Position numbers and translations under genes: made by a program. Below the pieces are notes generated by a model. It worked only from the letters and a program-made list of their open reading frames with translations, searched no databases and had not been told where the DNA came from. Positions 9,693 through 18,398 of a stretch of DNA of 64,000 nt are shown in pieces; position 1 is the stretch's first letter, and every line of letters starts with the position of its first letter. The stretch comes from Candidatus Thorarchaeota archaeon (GTDB lineage: Archaea; Asgardarchaeota; Thorarchaeia; Thorarchaeales; Thorarchaeaceae): NCBI GenBank assembly GCA_048884965.1, contig JBHLQH010000003.1, positions 67,304-131,303 of the forward strand, given 5' to 3'.

Positions 9693-10152
9693 AATCTCCT
9701 AGCCTATTCTCCCCCTTAATTGTCTGCAATGGAGTTAGATTGATACTCGCCTCAAGGGTTCCAAGATAGGTACCATTTTCATCTCGTATCGCAAGATAAC
9801 GGATCATCACCTTACTAGGAGTGCCATTGACAGGCATATCCAGCCAGAAGTCTACATAATCTCGCTCTCCACTCTTGAGATATTCCAAAACCTTGTGTAC
9901 CTTATCGAGGCTTTGAGCGGGATGACACATTCGTACATTCCTACCGATGACAGCAGGCCCTCTTTTGAATATCCTAATTCCATGTCGATTCCAATAGAGT
10001 ACATTGTCCTCAGCGTCAATAACTGAGAAATCAACAGGAAGGACATCGTGCATTGATGAGAGAAAATCAGGTGACATCCTCTCTAATGCATTGATCAATG
10101 GTTCAATCTTCATAATGACTGACATGGACCTCATCCACCCTAAAAAAACCAT
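9685..10152 (-). CDS. Stand-alone PAS domain protein (PAS_10/DUF438-associated type)
   Basis: LPVDFSVID, IFKR, GRNVRMCHP and G-x-YLGTLE motifs. Confidence 0.85.
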   Translation of the reverse strand: MVFLGWMRSMSVIMKIEPLINALERMSPDFLSSMHDVLPVDFSVIDAEDNVLYWNRHGIRIFKRGPAVIGRNVRMCHPAQSLDKVHKVLEYLKSGERDYVDFWLDMPVNGTPSKVMIRYLAIRDENGTYLGTLEASINLTPLQTIKGENRLGDFE

Positions 10153-10245
10153 GCGCCACAGAAGGAATTATTCAATATCAGCACTCAAAATAGTACTTTG
10201 CTTGCTATCTCCCCTTAATATTCCAATACACCCACCTTATGGTGT

Positions 10246-10470
10246 GTGGACATGACCTTTACAACATCGACAAATCCGGACCATCTTTCGAAGCAAGAGA
10301 TTGTTCAATTGATAACTTCATGCCCGGTCTGCTCCACACCTTGGCCTAAAGGAAAATACGAATGCGCAAATGAGAAGTGCGGAGTAAAGCTCAGAGTTGA
10401 GCCCAAAGCTCTGAACTGGTGGATGTTCTACCCGCCCTGTAATGGCTGGGGGCACCTCTCTCCTAGCTAG
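10246..10470 (+). CDS. Small Zn-ribbon protein (possibly frameshifted relative to the next ORF)
   Basis: CPVC and CANEKC; TATA-like at ~10215. Confidence 0.5.
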   Translation: MDMTFTTSTNPDHLSKQEIVQLITSCPVCSTPWPKGKYECANEKCGVKLRVEPKALNWWMFYPPCNGWGHLSPS

Positions 10471-10570
10471 ATATGTTGAAGATGCAGCGGGTCAATTCTT
10501 AAGAGGTTATGAGACGGTGAAAGAACAATACTATCCGTCCGTCGTAAAGAATTGCTTGGAGGTAGATTTC

Positions 10571-11056
10571 TTGGAGGAAGTAATCATCAGATTCCTGACA
10601 ACCAATGGGCTCGAAAAGACACAGGTGATTGATATCCATGAGACCGCATTGAATCTCGAGCTGAGAAATATTGATGAAATTGATCTACTCCCTCTAATAT
10701 GGTGCACCAAGCTTGAGAAGATCACATTACGTCATAATCAGATTACCGATATTGATCTTACTCCCCTGAGTAAATGCATCAACCTTGAAACAATCTATCT
10801 GAGCCATAATAGACTTGGCTCGATCGATTTGCATCCCTTGAGCGATAGTCCACACCTCCGAGAGGTCGATTTGAGGCATAACCTTCTATCTACTATTGAC
10901 ATCTCTCCGCTATTCCACTGCTCTGAATTGCAAGAGTTGTTGCTTGATCCTGATGTCACACTCACGGCAGACCTATTACTACGCTCGATTGGTAGCTGGC
11001 CTGATGTACTAGTTGACCAATTCCATCGAATTCTCTGGAAATCATCCGATCTCTAA
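10571..11056 (+). CDS. Leucine-rich repeat protein
   Basis: Repeats LEKITLRHNQITDIDLTPL / LETIYLSHNRLGSIDLHPL / LREVDLRHNLLSTIDISPL; GGAGGT before TTG10571 (frame open from 10442). Confidence 0.9.
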   Translation: MEEVIIRFLTTNGLEKTQVIDIHETALNLELRNIDEIDLLPLIWCTKLEKITLRHNQITDIDLTPLSKCINLETIYLSHNRLGSIDLHPLSDSPHLREVDLRHNLLSTIDISPLFHCSELQELLLDPDVTLTADLLLRSIGSWPDVLVDQFHRILWKSSDL

Positions 11057-11081
11057 ACCAAGGATTCAGGAGTGACGAGAT

Positions 11082-11906
11082 ATGGATCTAGGGCTAACGA
11101 ACAAACATGTCATCATAACTGGAGCATCAAGTGGCATTGGATTGGAAACTACTAGAAAATTCCTACAGGAAGGCGCTCAGGTTACCGCATGCTTTAGAAC
11201 TGACCCTCGACAGCTCACAGATATTGAAGAAGAATATAGTTCACATCTTAATCTTGTAAAGGCTGACATATCAAAGGAATCTGACGTTGAATTTCTCTTT
11301 GCTGAAGCTTGCAACGGGTATGGTCGAGTTGACATAGCTGTCGCAAATGCTGGTATCGCAAACCATGAAGGGATTGGAGTTCATGAGATGTCCCTCGAAC
11401 AATGGAATCGTATCGTGAGTGTGAATCTGACTGGTGCATTTCTTACTGCAAAGCACTTCTTTCAGAATCTCGAATCGAATCCTGGGGATCACGCATCCTT
11501 GGTACTAATTGGATCCACCGCAGGAGTCTTTGGAGAGGCATGGTACTCAGACTATTCCACATCAAAGGCTGGGATGCACGGACTCATGATGAGCCTGAAA
11601 AATGAGATTGTACATCTTGCAGAGCGAGGTCGGGTGAATATAGTGAATCCGGGATGGACACTCACTCCTATGGCCGAGGAGGCGATGGCTGATTCAATAA
11701 TGGTATCGCGCATTTTTCAGACATTGCCTATGCGAAAGATTGCGACTTCGTCAGATATCGCCAATGCCATCCTCTTTCTTTCATCTGACACAACTGCCGG
11801 TCATATAAGTGGACAGACAATTACCCTTGCTGGTGGCATGGAAGGCCGTGTTCTCTTCACACCCGATGAAGTCAAGGAATATGTTGACCGGTTGACTTCT
11901 CGATAG
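11082..11906 (+). CDS. SDR family oxidoreductase
   Basis: TGASSGIG, ANAG and YSTSK motifs. Confidence 0.93.
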   Translation: MDLGLTNKHVIITGASSGIGLETTRKFLQEGAQVTACFRTDPRQLTDIEEEYSSHLNLVKADISKESDVEFLFAEACNGYGRVDIAVANAGIANHEGIGVHEMSLEQWNRIVSVNLTGAFLTAKHFFQNLESNPGDHASLVLIGSTAGVFGEAWYSDYSTSKAGMHGLMMSLKNEIVHLAERGRVNIVNPGWTLTPMAEEAMADSIMVSRIFQTLPMRKIATSSDIANAILFLSSDTTAGHISGQTITLAGGMEGRVLFTPDEVKEYVDRLTSR

Positions 11907-11908
11907 AG

Positions 11909-12679
11909 GTGATATTCATGACTGTCTTTGATGAGCTTGCCTTGGCATATGACAACACTATTGATTGGAAATCTCGATTGGAACGTGAAATGCCCTTCAT
12001 CATCACTAGTATAGTAGATACAGATAGAGGGAGAGCATTGGATATTGCCTGTGGAAGTGGACGGCATGCGATAGAATTAGCTAAGAAGGGCTTTGCCGTA
12101 TCAGCTTTTGACAACAGTCAGTCCATGATTGCTGCCGCAAAACAGCATGCACATAGTCAGGGCTTAGAGATCGATTTCCGTGTTCTGAGTATGCAGGATA
12201 TGAATAAGGTGTACCATGGAGGATTCAGTCTAGTTCTCTGCTTGGGCAATTCATTGGCCCTACTTCCATCGATTGCTGCATTGAAGCAGATGATTGCATC
12301 AATCCACGAGCAAATGCTCTCTAATGGTGTCTTAATTTTCCAGACTCTCAACTTCGAAGCAGTTGAAGAACAAGGTATCAGATTCATGCCATCCAAAACA
12401 GGCGTTCTCAGTACAGGCGAGAAGGTCACATTTAGTAGGTTTTTGGATTATACTCAAGGTGATGCGGAAAAGGCTATTCTCGTGTTGTCATCACTCATAG
12501 AGTCAGATGATGCTAAGCCTGTTGTAGAATCTCAAGAGGTCCTTCGTATCACTGGTCCGCTTATTGAGGAATCTCTCTCGGATGCTGGGTTCACCACTTA
12601 TGAGGTCTTTTCTGATTATGCTAGTAGTCCCTTTCAGAGAGAATTTGACCGAAGTATAGTAGTCCGCGCCATCAAATAG
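11909..12679 (+). CDS. Class I SAM-dependent methyltransferase (glycine/sarcosine N-methyltransferase-like)
   Basis: LDIACGSGRH and CLGNSL motifs. Confidence 0.88.
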   Translation: MIFMTVFDELALAYDNTIDWKSRLEREMPFIITSIVDTDRGRALDIACGSGRHAIELAKKGFAVSAFDNSQSMIAAAKQHAHSQGLEIDFRVLSMQDMNKVYHGGFSLVLCLGNSLALLPSIAALKQMIASIHEQMLSNGVLIFQTLNFEAVEEQGIRFMPSKTGVLSTGEKVTFSRFLDYTQGDAEKAILVLSSLIESDDAKPVVESQEVLRITGPLIEESLSDAGFTTYEVFSDYASSPFQREFDRSIVVRAIK

Positions 12680-12680
12680 T

Positions 12681-13259
12681 CTATTCACCAATCCAGAGAC
12701 GGTGCCATCTATTTTCTTTCGTTCTGATAATGATAAGTAGAAAAACTGGGACTATGACAATGTGTGTAAGTAGATTGGCTACATAGTATCCTGTCATTAT
12801 GTCTGTACTAAGAACATTAGCGAAAAATATGCACAATGGTCCAGCGATTGCATAGGGATCAGCTATCCATGGCCAGAGTATTGGATTATACCAGTGATGG
12901 AGTATGTCTACCAAGAGATGCGAAACGATACCAAGAATGGCTGATGCGACAAGGGCGCGTGATATGAGGCACTTCTGCTTTAATTCTTGTTTATCCAGTT
13001 TGAAGATTGAACCAATCACTGTAGGGTATGCATATCTTGTTATCAAAACTGCTAGTACTAGACCTCCTGAAAGGGCTCCAACAAGACTATGCAGTACAAA
13101 ATGATCTGGAAATACTCCTTGAAAGAACAGGAATAGCAAGGGTACCTCTATATCTGGAATCACTGCTCCTACTAGCAGTGCTGGCATATTGAGTCTTTTA
13201 CTTGTTTTAGAAAGGCCATATCCAAATGGATAGTGGAATAGAGTGAATGGCATGTTCAT
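12681..13259 (-). CDS. DUF4184 / membrane metal-dependent hydrolase
   Basis: MPFTLFH, PDIE, HS and SHLLVD motifs. Confidence 0.85.
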   Translation of the reverse strand: MNMPFTLFHYPFGYGLSKTSKRLNMPALLVGAVIPDIEVPLLFLFFQGVFPDHFVLHSLVGALSGGLVLAVLITRYAYPTVIGSIFKLDKQELKQKCLISRALVASAILGIVSHLLVDILHHWYNPILWPWIADPYAIAGPLCIFFANVLSTDIMTGYYVANLLTHIVIVPVFLLIIIRTKENRWHRLWIGE

Positions 13260-13345
13260 TCCTTGAATACCGAAGCAATATGAATGTCTGCCTTTTCAAT
13301 AGTCTAAAAAGTACAAGAGCAATTGCTGGTGCAGGTGTTAACAGA

Positions 13346-13861
13346 ATGGGTCTCTTCGAGTTTGATGGAAAAAAACCTACGGTACATCACAATGCGTATG
13401 TATCACCTCGAGCATCTCTACTTGGCGATGTAGAGATTGGTGAGGATAGTAGTGTCTGGGAATTTGCTGTGCTCAGAGGCGACATGAACTACATCAAGGT
13501 GGGACGCGGTTCATCAATTCAGGATAATGCAACGGTTCATTGCGAATTCATGAATCCTACAAATATAGGCGACAACGTAACGGCAGGTCATAACTGCGTC
13601 ATTCATGGTGCTGAGATCGGAGATAATGTTGTGATTGGGATTGGAGCAATTGTACTATCTGGAGCCAAGATTGGAGAGAATAGTGTCATCGGAGCAGGTT
13701 CTGTGGTCACAGAGAGAACTGAGATACCTCCAAACTCACTGGTCTTGGGCATTCCTGGAAAAGTAGTCAAAGAGGTTTCCGAAGGAATGATTGAAGGATT
13801 CAGGGCCAATGCACAACTCTACGTTGAACTAGGAAAGAAGCACAAAGAAATACATGGGTAA
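13346..13861 (+). CDS. Gamma carbonic anhydrase family (hexapeptide repeat) protein
   Basis: LRGD, QDNATVH and GHNCVIHG motifs; RBS precedes ATG13346. Confidence 0.93.
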   Translation: MGLFEFDGKKPTVHHNAYVSPRASLLGDVEIGEDSSVWEFAVLRGDMNYIKVGRGSSIQDNATVHCEFMNPTNIGDNVTAGHNCVIHGAEIGDNVVIGIGAIVLSGAKIGENSVIGAGSVVTERTEIPPNSLVLGIPGKVVKEVSEGMIEGFRANAQLYVELGKKHKEIHG

Positions 13862-13907
13862 TCTTCAAGGAGTAAAGCTATGAAAAAACGAACGATGGTG
13901 ATTCCAG

Positions 13908-15488
13908 ATGACTAGTCATTCCCTTGAAGCAATCATGATTCTCGACAGAGGTGGAGCTCCTAGGTTCTATATGCAGCTTGACCCCCGTGCATTCGATATG
14001 GACCCCTTTCTTGGATCGAGTTTTTTTGCTGCAATAGACATGTTCTCAACACAGATTATCGAACAGAGCGAACCTTTTTTCCAGGTTGACTATGGAGCAA
14101 GAGTCTTCACTATCATTCACGGAGTCGAAACAAACCTGGTGGCTGTATGTAAAAGGCGTCTTTCAGATGAAACCTTGGAGATATTGGACTCCCTTCTTGC
14201 AGAATTCGAGCTTGACTGGATTCCCGCTGCTGAGGCATTCGAATTGGACGACTCATTCATCGAGGTCTATCTAGAGTCCTTTGGAGAGCGTGTATTGAAC
14301 AAGATTTCATTCCAAGAGATTCCTGATTCATGGGTTCCGTATTTTACTGATAGACCTGACGACCTTCTTCCTGATTTTAGCCCTGTCATCAAATTCATCA
14401 ATGGTTCCAGAAGTGTGAAAGAGATACGCGAATTGAGTGGAGTCACTCAGAGTGAAATGTTAGTTGATATGTCCAAGTTATGGGCACAGAGAGTCATCCG
14501 ATTTCGAAACATGCTAAGCTTCAAGGACTTCCTGAGTGCTCGGACGAAATTCCTCAGGTACACTCAGGCTACATCCACCGAGGTACGGGGTCTCTTAGAC
14601 CTACATCCCGAGATGGTTGGGATAATTCCACGACTAGCAGGTCTGATAGACGGTCGTCGGACCGTGAGGGAACTGCTTGATGAGCTCGGAAGCTATTACG
14701 ATGAACGAGAGGTGCTTCGAGTGCTGGATTATCTACGAGAGAATGAAGTAATCGAAGTTCTTTCCCATGAGAAAAGAAGGATACTGCTTGCAAAGGAATT
14801 GGTTTCTTTCTCTCTACGTTCAGCAGAAGAAATCTGGGGCATACGTGATATCACAACAATCGTAAGGACTATCGTGAACAGGGTTCAAGCGCCGGAGATT
14901 ATAGGTCAACTCACCTTGAAAGATGGACAATGGTTTGTGGATTTTGATTTTAAGCCGCTAGAAGGGCTTGAAACTAACAGATTGAGTCTCATGTATGGTG
15001 AGTGGATGAAGATACTTGCCCAATTCTCAGCAGCACTTGATAGAAAGCAACTTAATGCATTCATCATTTCGCTCACACAGAAGTTCTTCAATCGAATCAT
15101 AGATCGTTATGCTATCTTTGATTTGCGGGGGTTGGAGGAGTTCTCATTCTGGCTAGAACAACTGGAAACAGAGAGCTGGCCTCGTGCAGAAATTGACCGG
15201 ACCTACCCTCTTGAGAAAATCGATAATACTGTACTAGAGGATTTGGTCCATATTCTTATTGAACGTGGACAGACAATCTATGGGTCTGAGATGATTGTTG
15301 GGATATCTGGCTCAGCGGGAATCCCTCTTGTTGATGGAATGCCTGTGACAAGATCTATGGGAAGCCGAAGTGATTCATTCAAGTATTTCATGAATGAGTA
15401 CTCAAAAATCAGTTCCGCAGCTAAACTGACTGTTCTTATTCTCTCACGACAACGTGGAATCCCTATACCCTCGGAGATTACCATGTAG
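13908..15488 (+). CDS. Longin domain + tandem winged-helix protein (NPRL2/GATOR1-like architecture)
   Basis: N-terminal Asgard-type longin motif DPFLGSSFFAAIDMF; two wHTH repeats FINGSRSVKEI and LIDGRRTVREL. Confidence 0.65.
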   Translation: MTSHSLEAIMILDRGGAPRFYMQLDPRAFDMDPFLGSSFFAAIDMFSTQIIEQSEPFFQVDYGARVFTIIHGVETNLVAVCKRRLSDETLEILDSLLAEFELDWIPAAEAFELDDSFIEVYLESFGERVLNKISFQEIPDSWVPYFTDRPDDLLPDFSPVIKFINGSRSVKEIRELSGVTQSEMLVDMSKLWAQRVIRFRNMLSFKDFLSARTKFLRYTQATSTEVRGLLDLHPEMVGIIPRLAGLIDGRRTVRELLDELGSYYDEREVLRVLDYLRENEVIEVLSHEKRRILLAKELVSFSLRSAEEIWGIRDITTIVRTIVNRVQAPEIIGQLTLKDGQWFVDFDFKPLEGLETNRLSLMYGEWMKILAQFSAALDRKQLNAFIISLTQKFFNRIIDRYAIFDLRGLEEFSFWLEQLETESWPRAEIDRTYPLEKIDNTVLEDLVHILIERGQTIYGSEMIVGISGSAGIPLVDGMPVTRSMGSRSDSFKYFMNEYSKISSAAKLTVLILSRQRGIPIPSEITM

Positions 15489-15560
15489 TACTCTATCACG
15501 ACAATGGTTATCTGATAAGCATCACATTAGATAATTTGTGCGCATAGAAGGAGGACCTGT

Positions 15561-16088
15561 ATGAGTCCAACATATCTCTTAAAGCTGGTAACGGTCGGTT
15601 CCGCTTCTGTCGGGAAAACAAGTATGATAATTCGCTATTCAACAGGAACGTTTCGAGAGCACTATTCTCCAACTCTGGGAACCGGCTTTGCGTACAAGAA
15701 GATGATGCTTGATGACAACTTTGCGACTCTTCAGATTTGGGATCTGGGATCTCAGGACTTCTTGGAGCGCGTTCGTTCGAATTACTATATTGGCACACAA
15801 GGCGTCCTCATTGTATTCGATGTGACGAGTTGGGAATCATACAATGATGTCATCGAGTGGAAGAACGAGGTAGATAGGAATATTGATGAGCCTTATGCAG
15901 CTCTCCTCATTGGTAATAAGACCGATCGTGCCATAGATCGTGTCGTTGCAACAGAGGAGGGTGAGATGCTTGCATCGCAATTGGGTATGGAGTATCTTGA
16001 AGTATCAGTTCTATTGAATAAGAATGTGAATGAAACTTTTGCCAAAATAACCAGAAAAATCATCCATCTATATGATGAAGAAGAATGA
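15561..16088 (+). CDS. Rab-like small GTPase
   Basis: G1 GSASVGKTS, G2 YSPTLG, G3 WDLGSQ, G4 NKTD, G5 EVSVL; no CAAX/CC tail. Confidence 0.93.
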   Translation: MSPTYLLKLVTVGSASVGKTSMIIRYSTGTFREHYSPTLGTGFAYKKMMLDDNFATLQIWDLGSQDFLERVRSNYYIGTQGVLIVFDVTSWESYNDVIEWKNEVDRNIDEPYAALLIGNKTDRAIDRVVATEEGEMLASQLGMEYLEVSVLLNKNVNETFAKITRKIIHLYDEEE

Positions 16089-16135
16089 TTCAGTGAATGC
16101 AAAGATTTCTATCACATGATTCATTTTTGTAAGCG

Positions 16136-17158
16136 ATGAAACCATCAGAAATCTTGGTGTTGGGTGCAACTGGATATGTAGGATCACGACTTGTACACTC
16201 TTTGATAGATAGTGGCTATTCAGTACGAGCATCCTACCGCACTGAGGAAAAAGCAAGACAGTGCACCTGGTTTGGGCTTGAAGGGGTTACATCCGTTAAA
16301 GCCGATGTACTGGAATACGAATCACTTCTGGAGGTATCTCGGGATATAGATGTCATCTATTATCTAATACATTCGATGTATGGAAGTGGCAATTTTGTAC
16401 AAACAGATCGAAGAGCAGCAAGGAACACGGCTTCTGTGGCAAAGCATAATGGCGTGCAACGAATTGTGTACCTTGGTGGGTTAGGTGAGGAGAGCGGCAA
16501 GCTAAGCAAGCATCTGAAATCGAGGATTGAGGTGCGGGACATCTTGGAAACGAGTGAAATACCTGTCACTACGTTGAGAGCGGCAATGATTGTGGGGTCT
16601 GGAAGCGCATCATTCGAGATAATGCGTTATCTTGTAGATAGACTTCCTGTCATGACCACGCCGAGGTGGGTTCGTACTCTTAGTCAACCCATTGCAATTA
16701 GCAATGTACTACAATATCTTGTTGGTGCTCTTGAAGAATCACGTACGATAGGAAAGGTTCTTGACATTGGCGGCCCTCAAATACTACGATATCACGATCT
16801 CATGACAACCTATGCTGAAGAAGCCGGACTAATCAGACGACTGATTATCCCTCTTCCTATCTTATCTCCACAGCTTTCCTCTTATTGGGTGGACTTGGTA
16901 ACGCCAATCCCTGCTTCCATCGCTCGACCCTTGGTTGAGGGTCTACAGAATGAAACCATTTGTACCAATACTGATATCCTAGGAATGATACCACTTGACT
17001 TGTTGTCTATACGTGATGCCATTAGACTTGCACTCAGTCAACGGATGCACCTCTCCTCTAAGAAGTTCATCCCGGAATGGACACAGCCAAATGACCCTCC
17101 ATGGAGTGGTTCCAAACAACAGCTCCTTCCAATTCACTTTCCACTTCTTCGTCTGTAG
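16136..17158 (+). CDS. Atypical SDR / NAD(P)-binding epimerase family protein
   Basis: GATGYVG, YYLIHSM and GSGSASFE motifs. Confidence 0.88.
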   Translation: MKPSEILVLGATGYVGSRLVHSLIDSGYSVRASYRTEEKARQCTWFGLEGVTSVKADVLEYESLLEVSRDIDVIYYLIHSMYGSGNFVQTDRRAARNTASVAKHNGVQRIVYLGGLGEESGKLSKHLKSRIEVRDILETSEIPVTTLRAAMIVGSGSASFEIMRYLVDRLPVMTTPRWVRTLSQPIAISNVLQYLVGALEESRTIGKVLDIGGPQILRYHDLMTTYAEEAGLIRRLIIPLPILSPQLSSYWVDLVTPIPASIARPLVEGLQNETICTNTDILGMIPLDLLSIRDAIRLALSQRMHLSSKKFIPEWTQPNDPPWSGSKQQLLPIHFPLLRL

Positions 17159-17176
17159 AGCATTCAGCTAGCTCAC

Positions 17177-18382
17177 TTAGAAGAATATATTCATACATGC
17201 TACCCCTCGCGAAACGGGGTTGCCCAAGGGGTAGGGTAGCTTCTCAATCACATTTATCGTCAGGTCGTGTACAAAGAACCTCCCTTTCTTCGCTACTTCC
17301 TCTCCTTTGAGATAGCCACTCAGCTTGAGAAGGTTCGCTACGGTTCTGATACTAAAAGGCATCGTCTTGAGGAAGTCCTTACTCATACGTAGATCATAGA
17401 GATTGTGTGCAAACCGTCGCCAATTGTCAAATCCGTCATCAAAACTGATCTTGAAGCCATAGCATTTTCCTTCACCAATATGTTTGAGATAGTCATCCAA
17501 AGGTGGATTAACGATTTGCAAATTACCAACCTTACTGAACGCTGAAGGTCCGAATCCCTGATAGTCATCTGGATGCTCCTTAGGAGCCTTCTTTGCAAGT
17601 TCAGGTGTAGAGAATACCCATACGTTCTCTCTGATATATCCCATATCTATCAACAGATCGTTTGCGCTCTCTATCATCTCAAAGATATCCCTTGATGTGA
17701 TATCCTTGTGCATCTTTGCCCCTGGTGCCTTGGTATAGGGATATGTCGTGATTTGATCAATTCCCGTTTCAGCGATTTTCGTGATATCCAAGAGGAAGTC
17801 TGCTCGATATTGTAATGGGAGTCCTACCATCAGGTCTGCATTCACAGCAATCCCGAGATCGTGAGCATCATCGACGATCCTTTGGATGAGAGGGAGGTCC
17901 GTGCGATCACGCTCCACATGTTTCAGTGTTTCAGGTTTTAGGGTTTCAACTCCCATGCTGATTTTCGATATCTCATGTGTCTGAACAGATTCAAGGTATT
18001 TCCTTGTGAAGAAAGGAGGTTTTCCTTCCATGGCAATATCTTCACAATCAACATATTGTTCAAACGCTCCTAGAATAGAGCCAATCTCGTCAGGTGTCAG
18101 GAGATTTGGTGTTCCACCTCCGAGATACACCCATTCTACGCGACCTTCTAAATCCCTCAGCTCAATCTCTTTGAGGAGGGCTTCCATGTACATATTCTTC
18201 CTCTTCTCATCATAAAGCTCTCTGTGAAAAGGACAGAAGGCACAAAGTCGTTCACAAAAAGGGACATGCACATAGAGTCCTAGATTTGTCGTTATAACAG
18301 GCTTCCAATCAATCTCTGCGAACTCATACTTAAGTTCGCGCATACTCTTTCCAAGCATTCGTTGTGCAGTACTATTGATCAA
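17177..18382 (-). CDS. HemN-like (class C) radical SAM protein
   Basis: LYVHVPFCERLCAFC, GGGTP, SMGVE and DLMVGLP motifs. Confidence 0.88.
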   Translation of the reverse strand: MINSTAQRMLGKSMRELKYEFAEIDWKPVITTNLGLYVHVPFCERLCAFCPFHRELYDEKRKNMYMEALLKEIELRDLEGRVEWVYLGGGTPNLLTPDEIGSILGAFEQYVDCEDIAMEGKPPFFTRKYLESVQTHEISKISMGVETLKPETLKHVERDRTDLPLIQRIVDDAHDLGIAVNADLMVGLPLQYRADFLLDITKIAETGIDQITTYPYTKAPGAKMHKDITSRDIFEMIESANDLLIDMGYIRENVWVFSTPELAKKAPKEHPDDYQGFGPSAFSKVGNLQIVNPPLDDYLKHIGEGKCYGFKISFDDGFDNWRRFAHNLYDLRMSKDFLKTMPFSIRTVANLLKLSGYLKGEEVAKKGRFFVHDLTINVIEKLPYPLGNPVSRGVACMNIFF

Positions 18383-18398
18383 GTGTTTGACCTCTATC

